From contig MU053881.1 in NCBI GenBank assembly GCA_013239625.1, positions 9,261,957 through 9,325,956 of the forward strand: a stretch of DNA of 64,000 bases. The letters are read 5' to 3'. The notes under the pieces were generated by a model. The model searched no databases. It saw only the letters and a program-made list of their open reading frames with translations, and was not told the origin of the DNA. The stretch comes from Lama guanicoe. Taxonomy: Eukaryota. A program made the translations under genes and the position numbers. Below are positions 12,447 through 25,720 of this stretch, piece by piece (position 1 is the stretch's first letter; each line of letters opens with the position of its first letter).

Positions 12447-13759
12447 GGATGTAACACTTCTGTTGTTTTCCAGCAGCGTTCACCCAACTTAAAAATACAC
12501 AGCTTTCCAAAGACTGATACTCTGAAAAATCACTAAAGATTAACTTCTCTTGCACAGTTTTAGAATGCATGTTTATATGATACAGGCAATAGTACAGATA
12601 AAAACACACTTAATTTACTTATTGTGTAACCCTCAAGACAGATATACGTGTATGTAGGTGCACACGCACTAACCTATACAACTACCAAATTCCATGTACA
12701 TAACCAGCGTTGAAATTAACTTCCGCTCAGGGCTACTATGAAATGTCAATTAAACTGCCAAACTTTCAGAGCTTGGCACTCTATCTTCCTGCCTTGGGGA
12801 GCTTTTGTATTCAATTTATTGTTAAATAAAACAGCTAACTTGGCAGCAGAGTTAGATTAACAAATTATAATGAACTTTATTTTTTTTGCTTAAAAATATA
12901 AGGTGAGCTAATATTCCTGAGGAATAAATTTCAGAGAGATTAAAGATTTTGAGAGAGGTTATTTGTTTCTAACCATTTCAAGTTGAGCAGTAGGGAAAAA
13001 AAAAAAAGTGCCTACCAGCTTGTTTGACTTAAACAGCAGTGTAAAAAGAACCTGACCAGAAACTAATAGTGGTTTTGTTTAACATTTCTTTTATTAACAT
13101 TTAATATTTTATTAGGAGGAACTTGATGTCAGAAGCCAAGAGGAGCCAGAGAACAGCTGTGGGCCTCAAATTTAAATGCCTTCCATTTGACCCATTTATA
13201 TTCTTTTGTCACTTGCTTAAACTCACAGGTGCCCATACATGTGGACACTCACGCGCACACACACAGTTAATTAAATCAGCTTGTCTGCAAAGCCCACTCA
13301 TCTGATTACGCAGCTGGGGCTACTGTTGCTCCAGGAAGACCCCACAATTCTCCTCTCCACCAAGGGGGATTAGGGAAGTTTCAGGAAGGCCACTGGGGCA
13401 ACAAGGCATCTTCTGTCCAACTGCACTGTACATGTTAGTTATTATTGGCATTTGTGACAAGGTGTGGGCGGGCGAACTCCATAGAGGGGCTGGGCTAAGC
13501 GTTTTACATGTATTATCTAATTCAGTCCTCTCAAGAATCCATAAAGGTGAGGCAAAGGAGAATTAACAGAAATTAAGTGACTAGCTCACGGATGTAAATA
13601 TCATTAGTGGGGACTGCTGCCGCTTCTCAAAGTTTGACAGTGTGAAGGGCGGGGGAAGAAGCCGAATTTATCGTAGGAGAAAGACTGCCTTTTCAAAGTC
13701 AAATGTGTATGTCTCAATTTAAGTGAGAGAAGAGGGCTGAATGTTTCTATTTTATGACA

Positions 13760-13960
13760 CTGCAGCTAGCATTTATTGAGCTCCTACTGATTGCCAGACA
13801 CTGGTCTAAGCACTTTATATATAGCATCTCCTTTCCTTTAACTGGAAGACAGTTACCCTATGAGATAAATTCTGCTGTTATTTCCAATTTCCTGAGCTTC
13901 AATACTTTACTTAGGTCACCCAACTGGGATTTAAAGGGCCCTGGCTTGTTCTAGAGTGTT
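13760..13960 (-). mobile_element. MIR SINE
   Basis: agctagcatttattgagctcctactgattgccagacactggtctaagcacttt. Confidence 0.75.
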
Positions 13961-14135
13961 TATTATTTTACTATTAGTCTGTGATAGGATAAAGCCAACT
14001 TTGTCATATCAAGCAACTGGTGGGTAGCTTGACTACCCATAGGGTGTGTTTATAAAAATTAGAGTGTGTTATCCAAACTCTTAGACTGAATTTTATATTA
14101 AATAAATGAAAGTAGTATATCATTTAAGAAATTCT

Positions 14136-15179
14136 GGAAATAGACCTTTTTTTTCCAAAGAAGACATACAGGTGTCCAACAGGCGTATGAAAAGATGTCC
14201 AGCATCATTAGTTATTAGAGAAATGCAAATCAAAACCACAATGAAGGATCACCTCACACTAGTCAGAATGGCTACCATCAAAAAGTCTGCAAATAATAAA
14301 TGCTCCAGAGGGTATGGAGAAAAGGGAACCCTTCTACATAGTGGCTGGGATTATAAAGTGGTACAGCCACAATGGGAAAGAGTATGGAGGTTCCTTAAAA
14401 AACTAAAAATAGAGCTACCATATAATCCAGCAATCCCCCTGCTGGATATATACCTGGATAAAACAAAAACTCTAATTTGAAAAGATACATGCACCTCAGT
14501 GTTCATAGCAGCACTATTTACAATAGCCAAGACATGGAAACAACCCAATGCCCATCAACAGATGACTGGTTTAAGAAGATGTGGTGTGTGTGCACACACA
14601 AACACACACATACACGGGAATATTACTCAGCCATGAAAAAGAATGACATATTGCCATTTGCAGCAACATGGATGGACCTAGAGAATATTATGCTTCATGA
14701 AATAAGTCAGATAGAGAAAGACAAATTCTGTATGACCTTACTTATATGTAGAATCTAAAAAACAATACAAATAATCTATATACAAAACAGAAACACTCAC
14801 AGACATAGAGAACAAACTTCTGGTTACCAAAGAGGAGGGGGAAGGGACAAATTAGAAGTTTGGGATTAACAGATACAAATTCATATACATGAAATAGATA
14901 AGCAAGAAAGATTTACTGTGTTGCACAGGGAACTATGTTCAGTATATTATAGTAACTTATAATGGAATATAATCAGAAAAAAATAACTGAATTATTATGC
15001 AGTACATCTGAAACTAACTAAATGTTCTTTTTGGAACATTTTATTTTGAAAAAAATTGTTTTTACATTTGTAGTGGTTTAAAATTGAAAAGCAGAATATT
15101 TTACAACACCTGAAAATTCCACATATTATCATATTGTAAATAACCTGTATATGTCAATAAAAAATTCTAAAAAAAAAAT
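14136..15179 (+). mobile_element. LINE-1 3' end (ORF2 C-terminus, 3'UTR, A-rich tail), 5'-truncated and frameshifted
   Basis: ORFs 14106-14480 and 14477-14758 translate to L1 ORF2p C-terminal motifs ([36 protein letters not shown]). AATAAA and A-tail at ~15156-15179. Confidence 0.96.
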
Positions 15180-15673
15180 CTGAAGTTTAAGCAACTAAAT
15201 TATTCACCATAAGGTTATTTTAGTATTAAAAAAGGAAAAAAGTCAAAACCAAAAAATCTTAAGGATCTTAACTAAAGGAGAACTCAGACTATAGCACATC
15301 CAAATGAATGGATAATATTAAACCATGAAAATAGCATGTACAATGATTTACAAATGGTGTGGAAAACTACTCTTTATATAAAGTTTTAAATAATACTGAG
15401 TATTGTTTCCATAGTAAGTTTGCAACTATATAAAAGTATTTGAAAAAAAGGTCTTGAGGCAAATACACTGACATGTTGGCAGGATTTATTCATATCCAGA
15501 TGGTAAAAATTAAGGGAGGGGTTTCACTTACACCTTCTAGCCTTTTTTCAAATTGTCTATCAGTAGCACATATTATATAGTCAGAGAAAATCATATTTTT
15601 GATAGATAAGTCTACTTCAACGAGATATAACTGAAATAACCAACTCAATTTTTGTGTATTCAATGCTCAAAAA

Positions 15674-16430
15674 CAAGGATCAGCAAACTTTTTCTGTAAA
15701 GAACCAGAGAATAAATATTATAGACTTGCAGACCAAGGGGCAAAATTGGGGATATTATGTAGCTAGATACTTAACAAGAAAGCAAACACATCCTCCCAGT
15801 TTTTTGACAAAATTCAAAATACAGTATTCATGATGGAGTATAACTTTTTATAATACCAATGAAAAGGCTGCAATTCTTTTGGTATGTACGTGCTCACATT
15901 TTGCTTAACTGGGGTTCCAAGTTAGCATTCCCCATCACCAAAGTTTACTGCAAACGTTCATCTGTTAATGCTGATTTGTAATGAGATTTTACGTATTTTA
16001 TCTCTGAAAATGGCTTTTCACAAAGATAGGTGGCAACCTGTGGCACTTGAAACGTCAGCGAGCTGTAACTGCTTCACGGCAATTTATGCCGTGCCGAGCA
16101 GTGAGCGTCACACGTGGCCTCTGCTCTAACTACAGAACGGTGCCCTTTGTCGTGTGAAAGCAACCGCATACGTACACCAATAAGTGTGGCCGTGTGCCAA
16201 GAATCCTTTATTTCTAGGACACTAACATTTGAATTTCAAATAATTTTCAGGTGTTGCAAAATATTATTCTGCTTTTGAATTTTAAACCATTTCAAAAGTA
16301 TAAACAAGTTTTTTTTTCCAAAATGAAATGTTTAAAAAAGAAAAGACGCATCTCTTTTTAGCTAGTGGTCCACACAGTCACAGGCAAGGAGGCCATGCTG
16401 GGTCTGTGGGTTGGAACTGGCCCATCCCTA
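15674..16430. mobile_element. hAT-Charlie DNA transposon, MER58/Cheshire-related
   Basis: Left end caaggatcagcaaactttttctgtaaagaaccagagaataaatatt resembles the MER58 terminus. MER58B-like right portion: gtgtggccgtgtgccaag...tttgaatttc...catcccta. Confidence 0.75.
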
Positions 16431-16979
16431 CACGCCTCTCTTGTAAACTTTATCTGACACCTACCTCTGAGAGCATTGAGTATAGTAATATATCCTTTCT
16501 AAAAATTTTAAATACCTTTATGTAAAATGATGTCTCTAGTATATCTATGAATTAACTCTCCTGTGGGTAAATAAACTACACAACCAGACAGTGAAACATT
16601 CAAGAGACATTCGGAAGGAAATGATTACAGCATCAGATAGAAAATCGAGATTCTGAGAGCTAAACTCAATGCTCTATCCTCCAGATCGCTGGATATTTTT
16701 TATGGGAATTCTAGGCTGTCAGGAAATGTGCTGAACAGACCCATTATGTTATCCATTTAAGAAATAACATCAAATACTTAGAATCTTAAAAATAAATTTG
16801 TCTAGTCTGTTAAAGTTCTGTACCCCGTTCTTACATTCATATGTCATTTCTCCCCTGACTGGCTATTTGAGACCTTAGGAGACCACAAAAGATGCATCAG
16901 AGTTTTGAGCAGGAAAATATTTGACGGAGGCTCAAAGAAGATGAAAAACTGTTGAAACACAGGAGCTATCTGTTTTGAC

Positions 16980-17105
16980 CATATTTTTAGTGCAAAATTC
17001 CTCATGAAAACACCTCCATTGGGACCATCTGGGTTCCTTGTTAAAATGTGGATTTCCAAGTCGTAGGTGTTTCTCACAGCAGTCAACTTGGAGAATGAGA
17101 GTTTT
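16980..17105. mobile_element. MER5-like hAT fragment
   Basis: aaaatgtggatttcc...caacttggagaa; weak similarity. Confidence 0.4.
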
Positions 17106-17569
17106 AGAAGTTGTTTCAGGCAAACATGGCATGGCTTCCATTTACAAAGTGTAACATGTCTAGATTTCCCTCTTGAATAAACTTATATGTATAATCTGCC
17201 TCTTCCACTCACTTCCTTATGAGGTATAATTTCTTTTCAACAAAGGGATGACATTTGGAGATGCAACTTTGCACCTAGTAAAAAGATGTATGTTCTCACA
17301 CAAAAATATCATAAAAAGTAATCAATGCTTATTCTAGGCAACTATTTATATAACTCATACCTTGGGAATGTGTTACACCCAGAGATGGAGAGAAACAGAA
17401 AGGGAGTGGTCAGTTAAGGGAGGTAACCAGGAAAGGTCTCAGGTTGGGACAGAAAAGAAGACCCAAGGGACTTTTGGATTAAGAGTGCCACATGAAGCGT
17501 ATCTGTTAGGAGTAGGGATTTAAATGCGCAAAGCAGAGAAAGGAAATTCGAGAGTCAATCACAAATCAG

Positions 17570-17750
17570 GACCTTTCTCAATAACTCCCTAAAATTGTAT
17601 AAGGAAATCATGTTCCTTGAAGCGTCTTCTGAGATGCCCAAGGTACTTTTAAAAAATTCATATTCCTCGACCTATTCCAGACCTATTGATTCAGCATCTC
17701 TGCAATATGTTCATAAATCTATTTGAAATCACCTGACAAGTCATGCATTA
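17570..17750. mobile_element. MER5-like hAT fragment
   Basis: tttaaaaaattcatattcct...ccagacctattgattcagcatctctg. Confidence 0.55.
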
Positions 17751-17764
17751 AAATGTGTTAAAAT

Positions 17765-18410
17765 TGATGGGTGAATAAAGAAAATGTGAATATGTGTGTG
17801 TATTGTGTGTGTGTGTTACACACACACACACACACAATACACACACATACACATTGGAATATATATACATATACACAATGGAATATTATTCAGTCATAAA
17901 GAGAGAATGACATCTTGCAACTTGTGGCAACATGGACAGATCTTGAGAGCAATATACTAAGTGAAATAAGTCAGATGGAAAGACAAATACTGTATAATCT
18001 CACTTATCTGTGGACTCTTAAAAAAAAGAAATAAAAAGAAATACAACCCCCTAGCTCACAGATACAGAGATCAGATTGTTGGTTGTCAGAGGCAGGGAGC
18101 AAGGGGTAGGCAAAATGGGTGAAGGCTGTCAAAAAGTCCAAACCTCTAGTTATAAAATAAATCATCGAGATGTAATCTACAGCATGGTGACTGTAGTTAA
18201 TAACACAGTGCTGAATTTTTGAAAGTTGCTAAGAGGGTAGATCTTAAAAAGTTCCCATCACAAGAAAAAAATTCTGTAACCCTGTATGGTGATGGATGTT
18301 AACTAGATTTATTGAGGTGATCATTTTACAGTATATACAAATATCAAATGATTATGTTGTATACCTAGAAGCAATATAATGTTATATGTCAATTATATCT
18401 CAAGTAAAAA
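17765..18410 (+). mobile_element. LINE-1 (L1MA/MB-like) 3' end
   Basis: caatggaatattattcagtcataaag...actaagtgaaataagtcaga...acagcatggtgactgtagttaataac...gttatatgtcaattatatctcaa. Confidence 0.92.
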
Positions 18411-18479
18411 GTGTTCAAATGGCCCACTCCCTGGGCACATGATACCAGTTTTCCTTTTGAGCTGCTAAAAATCCTTAAA

Positions 18480-18720
18480 TTTATTCATTTCAACAAACAA
18501 TTTATTCATCTAGCCACAATAAAGGATTCTGCATACAATTTAAAAAATGAATTTGCTGTGGTAGCCTCAGAAAAAGTCCACAGTCTAGTAAGGAAATGCA
18601 GGTAAGTGGGCTGCCACAACACAGTGATAAATGCAGGTAAGTGGGCTGCCACAACGCAGTGATAAATGCCGTGACAATCAATAAATCCAAGGTGCCAAGG
18701 AAACACTCAAAAGTGAAAAC
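18480..18720 (-). mobile_element. LINE-2 3' fragment containing a 35-bp tandem duplication
   Basis: ttattcatttcaacaaacaatttatt (antisense L2 tail)...cacagtctagt. Confidence 0.55.
18594..18669. repeat. 35-bp tandem repeat, ~2.2 copies
   Basis: aaatgcaggtaagtgggctgccacaac[a/g]cagtgat at 18594-18628 and 18629-18663, then aaatgc. Confidence 0.97.
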
Positions 18721-19179
18721 AAAAAATGTATGTTCAGGTAAATAGCCCATTTTGCCTTCAGGATACTGTAATCTCCTTCTTCTCAGGTGTTTTTTCCTTG
18801 GTGACGATATTTTTTTAATCCTAAACTATTTATTCATGATTGAAATTTCCCTACTTTGACCATATCTTTGATGCTGTTTCTAAAAAGTGATCTATGAACC
18901 ATTTACATCAAAATTATCTGGATGCAAATGAGTCAGTCCTTTGCCTTCAGTTGAGGGCTTAATCTATTCTGGACTGTTCCTCATGAAATTTTGTTATTAG
19001 TTTGGGATAGAAGAATCCCAAACCTTACACTTTTTAATTTAATTGTGTTCAGAGAAATAACATGTGAAGAAATTTCCTCCTGTTTCATACATGACTGAAC
19101 TGAATAATTTGGGGGTTGAGTAGAATGAAACAGAGTAAAAGCTCTTGTTTCCAATTATTCTGATCTAAGAGAGAAGCCA

Positions 19180-19510
19180 TGATAAACTCAGAGTTTTGGA
19201 TAAACCTGGGTCTGATCCAAGGTCTAACTTACTAGCTGTGTGTCCTTGGACAGCTTAATCTCATTGCTTGTCTCCACTTATAACTATACTTGAGTTAGTA
19301 ACATACAGATCATGGCCACAGCATGTATATTTGATACACACACAGAAACAAATGTACCTGCACACACACACACACACACGCACACACATACACAAAGTAC
19401 TTGTAAGTAATTGTGCTTATTTTGCAATATTGTGAAGATTAAATAAAAAAGTGAGTATAAAGTGATGAGCATAGATCCTGGCTCACAGCCGGTGCTCAGT
19501 GAACACTGGT
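19180..19510 (+). mobile_element. MIR SINE interrupted by a CA-rich microsatellite (~19335-19393)
   Basis: acctgggtctgatcc...tactagctgtgtgtccttggac...tattgtgaagattaaata...cctggctcacag. Confidence 0.75.
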
Positions 19511-20867
19511 GGTAGGGATGAGGGAAGGAGAGAAAAAGACCAGGAGCAGGAGGGATTTGAGGTTAAAGTGAAATTAAAAAAAAAAATTGAGAACTTCTAT
19601 TACAAAAGTGAGACAGGAAGGTAAAAACTTTTTAAAAAAGGTTTACTCCTCCTATTTTGAACAGCTTGACTTTTTTGTAATTAGATACAAGATAGCCTGT
19701 GTGCTGGTTCGAGCAGTAGCCACGCCTCTCACCCACTGAACGGACATCATTAGAATAAGCACAAGACAGAGCAACCACAGAAGGGTTGTTAGTATTTCAT
19801 CTGAATTCCAAAAATGTCAAGTCAGATAGGGCTGGTGGATGGTGATACAAAACCCATTTCCAGTTATCATATGTTAATGAATGGAAACAACGTGCAACCT
19901 ACAAGGATGGAGAAAAACCCAGAATGAGCAGAGTCCAGCGTCTACATGGTTACCTACAATCTCAGCCTCATTAAAATATGCAGATCGTATCATTAGGAGA
20001 GAGTTTTCCGGCAGAGCCTTCTCCTAGAGTTCAGTCACGGGCACGTATTGGCAGTTGTTAGTACAATGAGTTTAACCACAGCTATATCCTTCTAGGTAAA
20101 AACAAAAAATGCTAAAGAAGGCAAGGGAACAGAAGCAGCTCTTACAAACCATGTTTTCATTTGGAGTGTGTTTTTTTTCCTCCCTCAAAGTATGAGTGTT
20201 TTTTTTTTCTTTTTAAGTGGCCGTTAATAGTTATTTGTTTTGTCCAAAAACATACCAGAACCTCATGTCGCAACTTCATACTGGTTTTCCAACCTTGGGT
20301 GCACACAAGAAATAGATTTAATGGGATAACACACATTGCACCTAGGTTTAATTCAGCACCATGATTAAGAGCAGCCAGTGATGACAAAGAAGAGTGATTT
20401 CAAAGACCTTCCCTGCCCCAACTTCAGTTTCAACCCAGATGAAAGCATCCTAGTGTTCTCAGTTCCTGACTTCCTCCACATCTCCCTTCTTTAGTTCCTT
20501 CATTACTGCCTCAGTGCCTTCCTCCCTTCTCTTCTCCTTCCTTCTTAACGTCTAACCTTCCTATCCATCTCTCTGTCTAATCTATCTTTTTGGGGAGGAG
20601 GCAGGGTAGTATTAAAAAATGTCTCACCAATAAGCCTAATAGAATCTCACAAATGAACACTTTTGACCTGAAGGCCCAGGAGAGATACCACCTTGAGAAA
20701 ACTGGTGACTAAACAGGAAAACAGCATGGTAAAAAGGAGATGAACAGGCAAGCACCGTGACTTGTGCACATCGACATTTATCAGTGCCATAATGTGAAAA
20801 GTGCACATAAAGAGTAGATGCTGTTAATATTATTACAAATAAATACCACTTACTTAGTTTCTTCTGT

Positions 20868-22197
20868 CAGTGGTTTTCCAAACATAGTCTGAGGCCTCTG
20901 AAGGTCCCTAAAGTCAAAACTATTTTCATAATAATGTTTACATATTATTGTGTTTTTCACTGTTGGTGCAAAAGCAACGGAGGATAAAACTGCCAGTGTC
21001 TGAGCATAAATCAAGGTGGTGGCACTAAACAGTGCTAGCAGTCACTGTATTTTTCATCACTATTTACTTGCAGGGGAAAATGCTAGTTTCACTCAAGAAT
21101 GCCCTTGATGAAACAGTAAAAATTGCTAATTTTATTAAATATTGACCTTTGAGTGCATTTTAAAAACATGCTGTGTGATAAGGTGGTTAAGTATACATGA
21201 AGCATTTTCTGCTGCAAATATCCAGTAGCAGTCTTGAGGAAACACACCTGTGTGATTGTTTGAGTTGTGAACTGAACTATTCACTTTTTTATGGGACATT
21301 ATATTTACTTAAAATAATTACTGAAAGACCACCTATGGTTATTCTGACTTGAATATTTAACAAATGCTCTCTGAGAAATGAATGAAGTAACTTAGTCACT
21401 TTAAGGAAGTCAACTCTTATTAGTATTTGTTCCCAAGGATAACATTCAGGCTTTCAAGCAAAAATTAACTTCATGTGAAACATGAATCCACCACCATGAG
21501 CTTTTCAATACTCAGCTTTCCAGCACTTCAAGACTCTTCTGACGAGACTGATGGTGATACTTACACATGTGATTTTTTGACATTTTATAACGAAATGTGT
21601 CAGTATGTGGAAGATCTGCACATTTCACTGAGCCAATATTTTCCAGATGACCAAGGCATGGTGTTACAACTTACTGCATAAGAAAAAAGATCCATTCCAA
21701 GTTCAAGAAAGGCCAATGGGTTTTCATTTAATGGAGTAAAAAGTTATTTACATAGTTTCAGAAAGATCCCACACTGTAAAGAGTCTTTGAGAAACTATCA
21801 CTTGTTGAATTTTTATATTAACAATATCCATAATCAGCTGAAAATGCTAATAAAAAGTCTTTACACTTTGTATCTAAATGTCTGCATGAGGCTAGATTTT
21901 CTTTATATGTTTCGGCCAAAACAATGAACACAGTTGTACTAAGTCAGGGTTGAAGATATTTAGGAAGAATGTCATTCTTCTAACTTTTTTTTCTGCAAAG
22001 CATTTTTTTTTAATGTTAACCTTTGATGAGTTTATTTTGCTATTTTTTAAATTAATAAAAATAAAAATTAAAACATTTCTTGGCTTTAATTTTTAATACA
22101 GTAAATATTTGCAGATATAATGTATATAAAATCCCTTTGGGTCAAAATTTTTAAGAGTGAAAAGGGATCTTTTAACTAAAATTTTGATAAATGCCAT
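20868..22197. mobile_element. Charlie1a-like hAT DNA transposon (non-autonomous, ~1.3 kb)
   Basis: Left end cagtggttttccaaa...gtcaaaactattttcataataat; internal ccaatattttccagatgaccaa; right end aaagggatct...aaaattttga. Confidence 0.85.
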
Positions 22198-23049
22198 TCT
22201 AGGTACATTCTAGGTATTAAATCGTTAGCAGCCTATATATTATTTAATAATTTTAAGTATAAGTTATTTTAATTGAATTATATTCCTATACACAAGTTTA
22301 ATGTAAGTGCCCACCAAAAGAAATATCCCTTAGAAACCAGATATTGCATATATTTGTGTTTATAATATTATGGTATGCCCTATCAATTACATTATTGTTG
22401 CAACATAATATGCTTGAGGAAGACACACTAGCCTGAAACATTTCAAACAATGCTAGGCTTGCAAACTTTTAGAGCTCCATTGACTACACTGGAATCACTG
22501 AAAAAAAGGAGAGAAAGTTTACAAATAATGTAGATTTTGTCATTTTTCTAGGATTTATACAACTTGCAAAAAAAGCATGTCAGTAAGTCTTTTACCTATC
22601 ACTTTAAAAAACAATATAGTAACCATTTACTCTGGAGATAAACATTTGCCCATAGAATGAATGAAAAAACTAAGAGTTGTAATGGGCTCTTGTGACTCGA
22701 AATAAAATTGATACCATGCATGAATCAAGAAACTGCTCTACCCTAGAACCCTCAGAATGAAGCAAAGATGAAAGCTCTGAAAACCTGCACTAGTTAACAA
22801 AGACACGGATATTGAATATGAATGTGAAATTAAAAGAATCTCACGGATTCTGTGTTACAGTTTGAACATACAGTACACTTAAAGTTCTGTAAAACTAAAT
22901 TAATCAATTAAGGACTATAACTGAACACTTAACTATTTTATCTACCTTTTAAAAGTTTTCATAATTAACTTGGCCAAAAACATTTTCATTTTTAAAATCT
23001 CATCGTTTGGCTAATGGGGCAGCTTTTTTTCTTGAGATCACTTTACATT

Positions 23050-23230
23050 CAGGCTAGGTGAGATTTCTAATCCTCTACACATTTCATTAAGGAAAAAACA
23101 ACTTTACAAATGGGAATCTGAGAATCAAAGAATTTGAGAACCTGCCCACACTTGCACAGTTAGGGAGCATGAGAACTGGAATTGGAACCCAGGTCCACTG
23201 TCAAGCTCATTATCTTTCCATAGGCTGCTG
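23050..23230 (-). mobile_element. MIR SINE
   Basis: tttacaaatgggaatctgagaatcaaagaa...cctgccca...ggaattggaacccagg. Confidence 0.7.
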
Positions 23231-23316
23231 TTCACATAGCATCTTTCCCATGGCCCAGGGACTGCTCCCACATGAATATACGTGGAGAGGGTTGAATCTC
23301 TTAATTCCAGAGGTTA

Positions 23317-23630
23317 CGCTTGATCTTAGAACAACATAGGGGTTAGAGGTGAAAATCTGCTTATAACTGTCGAATCCCCCCAATACTTAACTACTAAAAT
23401 CTAATGTTGACCAGAGGTGTTATCGACAGCTTCAACTGTCGAATAACATATTTTGCATGTTACTTGTATAATGTATTGTATTCTTATATAATAAAGTAAG
23501 ATAGAGAAAATGATATTAAAATTCGTAAGGAAGAAAAACTGCATTTTTAGAAATATTTAAGAAATGTAAAAAAAAAAATCCATGTATAAGTGGATCCACG
23601 CAGTTCAAACCCATGTAGTTCAAGGGTCAG

Positions 23631-23633
<3 letters not shown>
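23317..23633. mobile_element. Tigger2a/MER8-like TcMar DNA transposon
   Basis: cttagaacaacatagggggttag...cttaactactaa...; right TIR gtataagtggatccacgcagttcaaacccatgtagttcaagggtcagct. Confidence 0.88.
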
Positions 23634-23717
<84 letters not shown>

Positions 23718-23731
23718 GTGTGTATATATAT
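23632..23731. repeat. (TA)n microsatellite
   Basis: ~100 bp of near-pure TA repeats. Confidence 0.98.
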
Positions 23732-25619
23732 AATCTATCGATCTATGTCATTAACAATCATGCAATGAGAATGATTATATATATTTGTCAAACAGCTCTG
23801 GCAGGGTGGACAGTCACATCTGCATAATATGCAGAGCCCAAAGGACACACTGCTCACAATGATAAATCTATGTAGGTACACAGCTCAATATTAATCATGA
23901 AGATATTAAAGTTTTGGTTTTTTTTTTTTGAGAAAGTACTACACAGAGGTGGGGAAATGGCAAATGTTAACACATATATGATAGTGTTATCATCCAAGAA
24001 CCGAAAAGCATTCTGTTTTTTGTAAGTGTGTTTGTTTTTAGACTTTCAATTCCCACCCCAATTTGTTTATTGTCCAGTGGGGATGTAGAGAAGTTATTAA
24101 ATTCCTCAAGGTCACACAGAAAGTCACGGCTGTTCTTGGGAAAGGGGCTTACAGGTTCCTGAATCCCAGTCAGGTCCTGTTGCTTCCTGCAGTGGATGGG
24201 TCCATGTGGAATGAAAGAATGCTCTTAAGCAAATTCCAATTACGGTTTATTAACTTCACACGTAGCATTTATCTTCCAGTTTCCAAAAATAGCAGAACCA
24301 ATTAAACTGTCTGTTTAGCATGAAGTTTTTTTTTTAACTTTTAATTTTTCTTCAGATAAAGCCTTTATAGAAAGATAAGTGGAACATTATAGATACGGGC
24401 GGAGGGAAGGAAGCCATCACTTCCCTGTCACCACTACCATCTTCTTGGACTGTCATTCTAAGGCAACCAAGGCAAGGCCACTTCTGTTCCTGAATCGATA
24501 ACAGGACAACCTCAGTCAAGCAAAGCAGGCCACTTGGGGCATGAATGGAGAGAAATGAAAATTAATTTTTTTCATTCAAGACAGTTGCTAATTTGAAATC
24601 AAAGCCCAACAAATTCTTGTGTTTTGTCCACTGTCAAAACAAGATTAAATAATTGCAGCAAAAAAAAATAGCAGGCTTGTAAAAGAAGCCTTCAGAACAG
24701 TGTTTTGCTTTACACTTAGAACACTGTGGATAATTTCCAATCTGAGGTATACAAGGGAGAGTTAACTTGGTGAAAACCCAACAGGGAGCTAACTTTTGAG
24801 ATGTTTCCTTTAAATCTCTCTTTTACAACTATTCTATTAAGGAACCACATGCCCAACTGAGGGCCACAGAGAGCTGGAATTGGAATTTCTACATTGGATG
24901 TCTTTAGTCAGAAAGAAAAGGCAGGATGTGTTTGCTCTGAACATTAGAGGGAGAAGAGTGAAATAGGAGACCTCAACTCTCAATTTGGCTAGATTACCAC
25001 CAACTTCCAGAAATTACAAAAGGTCTAAAGAGCAAAAGGGTGAACAAATGGGGGCTCCAGCTTGTTTTGCCAGGAATGGAGTTGCACGTCAAGGAAGAGT
25101 CCCTGAAACTGAGGCTCAGAGAAAGAAAATGATTTTCCACCTATCACACTGCTGGGACTCAATCCTCAGCCTCTTGACACTTGATCTAGTCCATTTCCCA
25201 CGATATGGCAATGCTGCGAACTGGAGATCACTTTTCTTCCTCCTCTAGATTTTTAACATCAAACCTCTCTTGACTTTTCCCCTATTATAGGTACCCTGCT
25301 TATGGGCCACTCACCACACACCTGTCCGTCTAACAAGAGCTGTGGGAACGTCATTGGACGTGCTCACACGGTCCTGTTAAATGTGTATGGTAATTATCTG
25401 ACACTTCTAAGAGGTGGCAACCATCTTGAAATCATAAAATTGCAATTATCTTATCAAATTTAATATTCTGTGCACTTCAGAGCTTAACGTTTTTTATTGG
25501 AGATTGCGCTTCAGTGTAGCTGACTGAAGTCAAATTCTTACAGTAACGCACCTACGTCCTTTCATTCTCAGAGTTTCATTACTATAGTAATTAACTTCTT
25601 TGTTCCCACTACCACAATT

Positions 25620-25720
25620 CCATCTGTCTGTCTAGCTGTCTGTTAATCTGTCTGTCTATCTATCTTTCTATCCAGCTGTCTATGTATGTATGTATCCATC
25701 CATCAATCCATCTATCCTCT
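25620..25720. repeat. Compound (TCTG)/(TCTA)/(TATG)/(TCCA) tetranucleotide repeat
   Basis: Directly visible. Confidence 0.85.

Noticed and set aside
14106..14758. 124-aa and 93-aa ORFs as a protein-coding gene
   Set aside because: They are frameshifted fragments of L1 ORF2p in a 5'-truncated copy.
18594..18669. CRISPR-like repeat (35-bp unit)
   Set aside because: Head-to-tail duplication with no spacers, in mammalian DNA, with no cas genes.
21475..21681. 68-aa ORF as a domesticated transposase
   Set aside because: A short fragment within a heavily decayed Charlie1a; surrounding frames are closed.
23582..23827. IY-repeat ORF
   Set aside because: Translation of a (TA)n microsatellite.
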